This document shows, one piece after another, positions 18,758-26,559 of a stretch of DNA of 58,028 nt. This DNA comes from a bacterium (GTDB taxonomy: Bacteria; Hydrothermota; Tepidihabitantia; Tepidihabitantales; Tepidihabitantaceae), in assembly GCA_046485285.1 (NCBI GenBank), contig JAWOHE010000061.1:1-58028 (forward strand), in the 5' to 3' direction. The number at the start of each line of letters is the position of its first letter. Positions within the stretch are counted from its first letter, which is position 1. The notes under the pieces were generated by a model. That model searched no databases. It saw only the letters and a program-made list of their open reading frames with translations, and had not been told where the DNA came from. Position numbers and translations under genes: made by a program.

Positions 18758-20566
18758 ATGACGGCCACGAGCAGACCGGCCGGGCAGTCCTTGCCCGCTA
18801 GCCGGATACCCTGGGGCGGGCCGGCCCGGCCTGCCCCAGGGTCTTTCGTACGGCTCTTGCTGGCCGTGTCCTGCTTGGCCGGGTGCGCATACGGCCAGTT
18901 CCGGATGAAACGGATTGCCCTGCTTCCAGCCGGACCCATCGCGCCGTCCACCTCCCGGTTCGTCTGCGCTGACAGTGACCAGGATGGACGCCAGGAGGTC
19001 ATCTTCCGGACCGGGAGCATCAGGCCTGAGGACCCGCTGCGCGTGGAAATCTGGGAGTACCGGCCGGTGAACCGGTTCGAGCTGGTCTTCGCTGACACCG
19101 GGGCCTATCCGTACCCGCCCGGAATCACAACCGGGAACCTGCGGATTTCTGACTGCGGGGACCTTGATGCCGACAGCCTATTTGACCTGACCGGGCTGAA
19201 TAAGGACAAACAGGGCGACTCGCTGTACGACATCACCCCGATGCATGAAAGCCCGACCCGGCATCAGTACCCCGAATCCCTGGTCTGGTATGCCAGAACC
19301 CCGACAGGGTGGCCGCGTGCTCGACATACCGGGGATCTTGATGCCGACGGCCGGGAGGAATTGATGGTCCCGTCGGACATAGGCCTGCTGGTCTACGAGA
19401 ACGTCGGAGGCAACCAGAATGAACTCGTCTGGAGGTTGCCTCCAGGCAGCGTAGATGGTTTCGAGCTCGCCATCGAAGACTCCGACGGCGATGGGTATCG
19501 GGAGTTCTTAACAGCCGGGATAGGCAATGGGGTAGTCTCGCTCTTCAAATGCGTCGGCGACAACCAGTACGAGCTGGCCTGGCAGGACACGGTCGGCCTG
19601 CCGAACGGGCATGACGTATTCTCCGGCCGGAACTTTGATGTGGAGGGCAAGCCCCGGTTCTTCGTCCGGTTCAAGGTCACGCCCTGGAACCGCTGGTATC
19701 TGTATATGTGGGAATCAGTGGGCAACAACCGGTTCCTGCGCGTCCAGGTCGACGAGAAGACGTTGAGTGCCCAGGGCGTTTCCTCCCGAAGCGTCTGCGG
19801 CGACCTTGACGGAGACGGGTTTTCCGAGGTGGTCTGGGCCGTGCCGATTGGGCTGTTCATCTACAAGCCGACCGGCCACAATCAGTTCGAGCAGGTCTGG
19901 ACCTGGTGGGATGACCACGGCACCCACCTGTCGGTTGACACCAGAATCCGGGATATGAACAACAACGGGTACAACAACCTCGTCGTGGCCGGGAGTTTCA
20001 AGACTTCGGTGTTCGAGGTCGAGGCGGTGCGGGTCCTGTCCCCGAACGGCGGCGAGGAGCTGGTGGCCGGAGACACCTGCCGGATTCGCTGGCGGACCTT
20101 CAACCCGCCCCGATGTGACTCGGTCTCGCTGTTCCTGCTCACCGACACGGGAGTGCCCGAGGGCGAATGGTTCTGGCGGATGGACACGATTGCGACCGGG
20201 CTCGCGCCGACCGAGAGCAGTCACGCCTGGGTCGTGCCCGACACGGTACTGTCCGCGGCCTGGATTGTCGCGATGGCACATGGTCCGGGCTGGCAGCACG
20301 ACAACTCGGATGGCCCGTTGCGCATCGTGCCGCCCGGGGTCGAGGAGGCGGAGGCGCTTGCCTGGGAGCACTGGCAGCCGCAGACCGTGCTGCGCGGCAA
20401 TCTGCCGGTGCCCGAAGGCATCCACGCTCTGCTCTTCGATGCTGCCGGCCGGAAGGTGATGGAGCTGCAACCCGGCGAGAACGACGTCCGGCGGCTCGCG
20501 CCCGGGGTGTACTTCGTCCGCCGGCAGGACACCGGCGAGTCGGCAAGGCTGGTGCTGGCGAGGTAG
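18758..20566 (+). CDS. FG-GAP/VCBS-repeat lipoprotein with T9SS C-terminal sorting domain
   Basis: Lipobox LLLAVSCLAG|C needs a start upstream, so ATG 18758 is proposed (alternatives GTG 18866, ATG 18905). FG-GAP Ca-binding-like motifs DSDQDGRQE, GDLDADGREE, DSDGDGYRE, GDLDGDGFSE. CTD LLFDAAGRKV...APGVYFVRRQDTGESARLVLAR. Confidence 0.75.
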   Translation: MTATSRPAGQSLPASRIPWGGPARPAPGSFVRLLLAVSCLAGCAYGQFRMKRIALLPAGPIAPSTSRFVCADSDQDGRQEVIFRTGSIRPEDPLRVEIWEYRPVNRFELVFADTGAYPYPPGITTGNLRISDCGDLDADSLFDLTGLNKDKQGDSLYDITPMHESPTRHQYPESLVWYARTPTGWPRARHTGDLDADGREELMVPSDIGLLVYENVGGNQNELVWRLPPGSVDGFELAIEDSDGDGYREFLTAGIGNGVVSLFKCVGDNQYELAWQDTVGLPNGHDVFSGRNFDVEGKPRFFVRFKVTPWNRWYLYMWESVGNNRFLRVQVDEKTLSAQGVSSRSVCGDLDGDGFSEVVWAVPIGLFIYKPTGHNQFEQVWTWWDDHGTHLSVDTRIRDMNNNGYNNLVVAGSFKTSVFEVEAVRVLSPNGGEELVAGDTCRIRWRTFNPPRCDSVSLFLLTDTGVPEGEWFWRMDTIATGLAPTESSHAWVVPDTVLSAAWIVAMAHGPGWQHDNSDGPLRIVPPGVEEAEALAWEHWQPQTVLRGNLPVPEGIHALLFDAAGRKVMELQPGENDVRRLAPGVYFVRRQDTGESARLVLAR

Positions 20567-20574
20567 AACACCGG

Positions 20575-20846
20575 CAGACGGCTTGGAGTGCTCCGAGCCG
20601 CACCCGGACCCCCACCCCCACCTGCCTTCCCCTAGCGGCCCCGGGGACGCCTCCCCTAGCGGTCCCGGGGGCGGCCTCCGGGACGGCTCCGGTAGCGGCT
20701 CCCGGGACGGCCCCCGGAATCGTCCCGGGGATATCCCCAGGAGTGGTCCCCCTAGTGGCCCCGGAGACGGCTCCCGGGGCGGTCCCCGGGGCGGCCCCCG
20801 GAACCGTCCCGGGGATATCCCCGGGATACCCCCCCGGAGTGCTGCT
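20575..20846 (+). repeat. ~272-bp GC-rich repeat R1 (inverted partner 57504-57775), internally ~12-bp periodic
   Basis: Manual alignment to the reverse complement of 57504-57775 gives roughly 95% identity. Contains the 18-bp perfect palindrome CCCGGGGATATCCCCGGG (20808-20825). Confidence 0.85.
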
Positions 20847-21030
20847 CCCCACGCGCAACCCGCAGTCCCCACGGTGACTTAGCTCAGCGAACCCGACTCC
20901 GCCGGTCCCGGCCCGTCCGCCTGAGCCCGGTTACGCCCGGGTCGCGAACTCTTCGGATTCCGCGTACAAGGGCACTTCCTGCGGGGCTATCCGGCGCGAC
21001 TGCCCGCCCGACACCCCACCCCCACCCGCA

Positions 21031-21258
21031 CTCCCCCAACCGCTACCCCTACCATTACCCCAGCCGTATGCCCTACCGTTCCCCCTACCGTTCCCCCAAC
21101 GGTATGCCCTACGGTTACCCCTACCGTTACCCCAACCGTGGGGCTAACGGCTCCCCCAACGGTAGGGCTAACCGTTCCCCCAACCGTACCCCCTACCGTA
21201 CCCTCTACGGTACCCCCTACGGTAGGGGGTACCGTAGGGGGTATGGGGGAGGGGGTAA
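21031..21258 (+). repeat. 12-bp-period tandem array (~18 units, consensus about TWCCCCCWACSG)
   Basis: Splitting from 21031 into 12-mers gives ctcccccaaccg, ctacccctacca, ... taccccctacgg, tagggggtaccg. The core flips between ACCGT and ACGGT, and late units switch to the G-rich complement. Confidence 0.85.
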
Positions 21259-21280
21259 ATTCAGAGGTGAATGAAGTGCC

Positions 21281-21470
21281 GATTTTTCAATCGATTGTGA
21301 CGATTTCGCGATTGACCGAGTCGTTAGTTCCTACTAACATAGGCTATGGATAGTAATGTGAAGGTGGCTGGCTTCAGACCGGGAGCGACGGTTGCGCCGG
21401 GTGCGGCGTTACGCGGGTTGCGGCGGCGGGCCGGGAGCGGAGCCGAGGAGGAAGGCGCAAAGGGCACGAG
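21281..21470 (+). repeat. Intergenic repeat family, copy B (partner 2-191)
   Basis: See copy A; offset 21279, about 92% identity. Confidence 0.85.
21312..21340 (+). promoter_or_regulatory. Promoter-like element inside repeat copy B (TTGACC-N17-TAACAT)
   Basis: -35 at 21312-21317 and -10 at 21335-21340; ATG 21346 is 5 nt downstream. Confidence 0.4.
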
Positions 21471-21566
21471 GGAGGAAGTGGAGGAGGGAAGGGACGAAGG
21501 GAGGGAGCGGAACGATGAACGCCAGGCTGAGCGGCTGTGGTTCCGGAACCGGACCACCTCACCCGA

Positions 21567-21590
21567 CCCTCTCCCCTGAAGCGGAGAGGG
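21567..21590 (+). repeat. GC hairpin CCCTCTCC-N8-GGAGAGGG
   Basis: 8-bp perfect stem seen directly. This is the sequence type that produces ...PLSPEAERG... junk ORFs. Confidence 0.6.
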
Positions 21591-21617
21591 GGAGGAACGA
21601 GGATCGGAAAGGGATTC

Positions 21618-21685
21618 CTCCACTCCGCTGCGCTCCGGTCGAGATGACAGGAATGGGCCGCGCGGCCGTCGGTCGAAATGACAGG
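21618..21685 (+). repeat. Two tandem modules with core GGTCGAGATGAC / GGTCGAAATGAC
   Basis: Cores at 21637-21648 and 21671-21682, each followed by AGG. Related to 215-255 and the inverted 56908-56988. Confidence 0.7.
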
Positions 21686-21812
21686 ATTCGGAAGGTGGCT
21701 TGTACTCGTCGAGCCCGAAGAACGTCAGGCTACAAAGGAGGACGATTTCGAGGTCCGGGCCCGGAGTTCGGCTCCTCTTGGTGACTTGGCGGTTCTTCCG
21801 GTCCGGGTCGCG

Positions 21813-22929
21813 CTAGCCGGCGCGGCGGGGGCTGGTGGCCTTGAGCCAGGCGAGGACGAAGGGCTCGAGCTTGCCGGCGAGGACGCCTTCGACGTCGTGG
21901 GTTTCGAGGTCGGTGCGGTGGTCCTTGACGAGCTGGTAGGGGAAGAGGACGTAGGACCTTATCTGGTGGCCCCAGGCGATGTCGGTCTTCGACTCCTCGA
22001 ACTTGCGGCGCTCGGCGTCCTGTTCGCGCCGGGCGTGGTCGTAGAGCCGGGCGCGGAGGATCTTGAAGGCGTTCTGCTTGTTTTGGGCCTGTGAGCGCTC
22101 GTTCTGGCAGATGACGACGATGCCGGTCGGTTCGTGGGTGAGCCGGACCGCGGAGCTGATCTTGTTGACGTTCTGGCCGCCGTGGCCGCCGGCGCGGAAG
22201 GTGTCGACCCGGACGTCGTTGAGGTTGAGCTCGACCTCGACGTCCTCGACCTCGGGGAGAACCGAGACCGCGGCGAAGCTGGTGTGGCGGCGGCCGTTGG
22301 CGTCGAAGGGCGAGGTCCGGACGAGCCGGTGGACGCCGTGCTCGCTCTTGAGGAGGCCGTAGGCGTTGGTGCCGGTGACCTCGAGGGTGGCGTCTTTGAC
22401 GCCGGCGACGTCATCGGGCTGGAGGTCGAGGACGCGGTACTTGAGACCCTGGAGTTCGACGTAGCGGGTGTACATCCGGTAGAGCATTTCGGCCCAGTCG
22501 CAGGAGTCGACGCCGCCCGCGCCCGGGTGAATCTGGATGATGGCGGGGCGGACGTCCTCGGGCGAGTTGAAGAGGCCGCGCTCTTCGAGGGTGGTGAGGT
22601 CGCGGTCGATGCGGCCGACGTGGCCGGCGAGCTCGACGGCCGCGGCTTCGTCAGCGGCGAACATCTCGGCCATCTCGGCCGCGTCGCCGATTTCCCGCTC
22701 GAGGCGGTCGAAGCGGGTGAGGACGTCCTCGATGGCGGCCGAGCGGCGCATCACGTCCTGGGCCCGGGCCGGGTCGGACCAGAAGTCGGGCCGGGCGCTC
22801 TGTTCCCGGAGCCGGGTCAGTTCCTGGCGTCGGTTGGCAAGGTCAAAGAAACTCCCTTGCCGACCGGAGGCGCTCGGCGAGTCCGCGGACTTCCTGCGCC
22901 AGCGATGCGGCGCCCCGGTTTTCGGCCAC
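21813..22929 (-). CDS. prfB: Peptide chain release factor 2, with programmed +1 ribosomal frameshift
   Basis: Frame 0: GTG 22929 to ...SAREFL then TGA (22843-22845). The +1 frame continues [25 protein letters not shown]... with SPF and GGQ motifs. Total length 1117 nt = 3n+1. Confidence 0.93.
22842..22857 (-). promoter_or_regulatory. RF2 autoregulatory frameshift site: AGGGAG-TTT-CTT-TGA-C
   Basis: Minus-strand sequence AGGGAGTTTCTTTGAC, an SD-like element 3 nt before the CTT TGA C slippery stop, as in E. coli prfB. Confidence 0.9.
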
Positions 22930-22935
22930 GGCGGG

Positions 22936-23274
22936 CTACTCGGCCTTGGGCTCGGCCGCGGGCGCGGCCTTCGGTTTCTTCTCGGCCCTCGGCTTCTTCT
23001 CGACCTTGGGCTTGGGGGCGGCCTTGGGGGTCGGGGCCCGGCGCGGCTTCGGCGCGGTCTTGACCTTGGTCGGCGCGCTGTCGCCGAACTTGCGACGGAA
23101 CTTCTCGACGCGGCCGGCGGCGTCGACGAGCTTCTGCTTGCCGGTGAAGAACGGGTGGCAGGCCGAGCAGATGTCGACCGAGAGCTTGGGCTTCGTCGAG
23201 CGGGTGTGGATGACGTTGCCGCAGGAGCAGGTCACGACGCAGTCGACGTACTTCGGGTGAATCTTCTCTTTCAT
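22936..23274 (-). CDS. rpmE: 50S ribosomal protein L31 (Zn-ribbon type) with Lys/Pro/Ala-rich C-terminal tail
   Basis: MKEKIHPKY...CSCG...[13 protein letters not shown] core. About 45 extra residues follow ([39 protein letters not shown]). Confidence 0.92.
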   Translation of the reverse strand: MKEKIHPKYVDCVVTCSCGNVIHTRSTKPKLSVDICSACHPFFTGKQKLVDAAGRVEKFRRKFGDSAPTKVKTAPKPRRAPTPKAAPKPKVEKKPRAEKKPKAAPAAEPKAE

Positions 23275-23276
23275 GG

Positions 23277-24542
<1,266 letters not shown>

Positions 24543-24675
24543 TCACTGCTCCTTTAGGGATTGCCCGGCCCGGTTGACTTGATTGGTCCGGCGTGTCGTT
24601 CTACGCCTCGCGGGGGCCGGAGCTTCTCCAGGGAGATTGAGGACTAACCTGAGGACAATCTATCTCAGACAAGTG

Positions 24676-24704
24676 AGTATAGGAAAACCAGCGGCGGGTG
24701 TCAA
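24676..24704 (-). promoter_or_regulatory. Sigma70-like promoter TTGACA-N17-TATACT (minus strand) for rho, with a ~130-nt leader
   Basis: -35 at 24699-24704 and -10 at 24676-24681 read on the minus strand. Confidence 0.55.
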
Positions 24705-24804
24705 CCGCAATCTTCGCAGGGCCGAAGGAGTCGGCGGTCTTGGCCGGGCGACCGGCACGCCCAGATGCCCGGCAGGCCGGTGGGGCGAAGGTGCAAGAAA
24801 GGGC

Positions 24805-24833
24805 TTGACAGTGGGGTAAGGTGGAGATACAAT
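24805..24833 (+). promoter_or_regulatory. Sigma70-like promoter TTGACA-N17-TACAAT for the dcw operon
   Basis: -35 at 24805-24810 and -10 at 24828-24833. GTGGG and GTGGA boxes 10 bp apart lie in the spacer. Confidence 0.55.
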
Positions 24834-24878
24834 CCGGTCCGTGAACATATTTGTGCCGATAAGTGGTGAATCCGGGAC

Positions 24879-25376
24879 ATGGAGACGGTGAAGCCAATCT
24901 TCTTCGGCCGACACTATCATTCTGTCGATAGCAAGGGCAGGGCCGCGATTCCGTCTGCGTTCCGTCGCAAACTCGGACCTGATTCGGGCGAGACATTGAT
25001 ACTGCACGCGCGCCCGGATGGGGCAATCCGGGTCCACCCCTCGGCGGACTGGGCGGATTTCTGGGGAGCGGCCCTGCCCGAGATCACGAGGTACCAGGAC
25101 GACTCCGATGCCGCCCGGCGCCTGCTCGGCGAGGTCGAGGAGGTCGGCCTCGACCGCCAGGGCAGGGTCCTGATTCCCCGGCCGATGCTCGAGGAGGCCG
25201 GGATCAACGGCGAGGTGGTGTTTGCCGGAGCGGGCGAGTACTTCGAGATCTGGGACCCGGGGCGTTACCAGGAGGACCGGCGCCGGAACGCCGACAAGCG
25301 GCGCGAGGCGCTGGCCGAGGCGGAGCGGCGCGCCCGCGAGGCCCGACCGCCTGCGGGCAGAGCCGATGTTCCATGA
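24879..25376 (+). CDS. mraZ: Transcriptional regulator MraZ
   Basis: FFGRHYHSVDSKGRAAIPSAFR and a second DxxGR repeat (LDRQGRVLIP). Confidence 0.93.
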   Translation: METVKPIFFGRHYHSVDSKGRAAIPSAFRRKLGPDSGETLILHARPDGAIRVHPSADWADFWGAALPEITRYQDDSDAARRLLGEVEEVGLDRQGRVLIPRPMLEEAGINGEVVFAGAGEYFEIWDPGRYQEDRRRNADKRREALAEAERRAREARPPAGRADVP

Positions 25377-26235
25377 ACCGGTACTCGTCGATGAGGTCCT
25401 CGAGTTCCTTGGCCCGGCGGGCGGGACGGTCGTCGACGCGACCTGCGGCGGCGGCGGCCACGCCCGGGCGATTCTCGGCAGGCCGGGCACAGGCCGGCTC
25501 TTAGGGCTTGACCTGGACGCCGAGGCGATTGCCTCGGCGCAGAGGTATCTGGGCAGTGGTTCGGGCAACCTGGTTCTGAGGCAGGCCAGTTACGTTGATA
25601 TGGTGGCGATTGTCAGTAGTTTGAGGCTGGCGCCGGTGACGGGCGTCCTGTTTGACTTCGGCGTGTCGTCGCACCAGGTGCGCACGCCCGGCCGCGGCTT
25701 CAGTTATGACCTGGATGGCCCCCTTGATATGCGGTTCGACGCCGAAGGGCGCGGGCCGACCGCGCGCGAACTAGTCCGGCGGGCGACCACAGAGGAGTTG
25801 CGGCGCTGGCTGCGCGAGTTCGGCGAGGAGCCGCGCGCCGGCCGGCTGGCCAGACTGATTCACGAACGCCGGGATCGAATTGAGACAACCGGCGACCTGG
25901 CCGCGGTCGTCAAGCGGGTCGTGCCGTTCCGGCAGGCGCGCCGGACCCTTGCCCGGGTGTTCCAGGCCCTGCGCATCGTGACCAACGACGAGCTGGCGGC
26001 GGTGAGCCGGGGGCTGGCGGCCGCCCTCGAGGTGCTCGCGCCGGGCGGCCGGCTGGTGACGATCGGCTACCACAGTCTCGAGGACCGCATCTGCAAGCAC
26101 TTCATCCGCGAGGGGGCCGCGGCCGGTCGGGTCAGGATGCTGGCCCGCCGGGCGGTGCGGCCCTCGGAGGCGGAGATCGAGCGCAACCGCGCCGCGCGGA
26201 GCGCGCGGCTCCGGGCGGCGGAGAAGCTGTTGTGA
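25366..26235 (+). CDS. rsmH: 16S rRNA (cytosine1402-N4)-methyltransferase
   Basis: MFHEPVLVDEVLEFL...DATCGGGGHA...FDFGVSSHQ signature. Start ATG 25366 lies within the longer ORF. Confidence 0.93.
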   Translation: MFHEPVLVDEVLEFLGPAGGTVVDATCGGGGHARAILGRPGTGRLLGLDLDAEAIASAQRYLGSGSGNLVLRQASYVDMVAIVSSLRLAPVTGVLFDFGVSSHQVRTPGRGFSYDLDGPLDMRFDAEGRGPTARELVRRATTEELRRWLREFGEEPRAGRLARLIHERRDRIETTGDLAAVVKRVVPFRQARRTLARVFQALRIVTNDELAAVSRGLAAALEVLAPGGRLVTIGYHSLEDRICKHFIREGAAAGRVRMLARRAVRPSEAEIERNRAARSARLRAAEKLL

Positions 26236-26552
26236 CGACGCGGCGGCTGGTCCTGCTCGTCCTGCTTGTCTTCATCCTGGCCGGGACCTATCTGATGCAG
26301 CGCGACGCGAGCCTGCGGCTGGTCAGCCGGCAGGCGCGGCAGGAGGTCGAGTGCCGGGTGCTGGTGGAGCGGCGCGACCGGCTGCAGGCCGAGCTGGAGC
26401 GGCTGGGCGGGTTCGCCCGACTCGACTCGGTCTGGACAAGCTCCGGGCGACCCGGGGCAGGGCCGGCGCTGGCCGAGCTGGCGCGGGCCGGTGATACCCT
26501 GGGCCGGTCGGGCGCGGTGATCGTAGCCGACGCCGGACCGCAGACCCGCTAG
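26232..26552 (+). CDS. ftsL: Cell division protein FtsL-like (small bitopic membrane protein)
   Basis: Position between rsmH and ftsI. One TM helix (LVLLVLLVFILAGTYL) followed by a coiled-coil-like segment. Confidence 0.65.
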   Translation: MTTRRLVLLVLLVFILAGTYLMQRDASLRLVSRQARQEVECRVLVERRDRLQAELERLGGFARLDSVWTSSGRPGAGPALAELARAGDTLGRSGAVIVADAGPQTR

Positions 26553-26559
26553 CCAGCCG

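Larger units (their letters stand above)
14848..18801 (+). pseudogene. Single 1317-codon T9SS cargo reading frame interrupted by TAG at 17794 and TAG at 18640 (pseudogene or read-through candidate)
   Basis: All three segments are in one frame. After TAG 18640 the CTD continues: VRLLLDEEQGPGLVRVAWDGRDARGQSLPAGVYFYRVTHDGHEQTGRAVLAR*, with the stop at 18799-18801. Confidence 0.65.

Noticed and set aside
21031-21258. CRISPR array
   Set aside because: The units are 12 bp with no unique spacers and no cas genes in the window. The same applies to 57241-57455 and 20620-20830.
21068-21274. 68-aa ORF encoding PYRS/PNGx tetrapeptide repeats
   Set aside because: The ORF exists only because of the 12-bp periodicity. 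It has no RBS, and the unit polarity flips within it.
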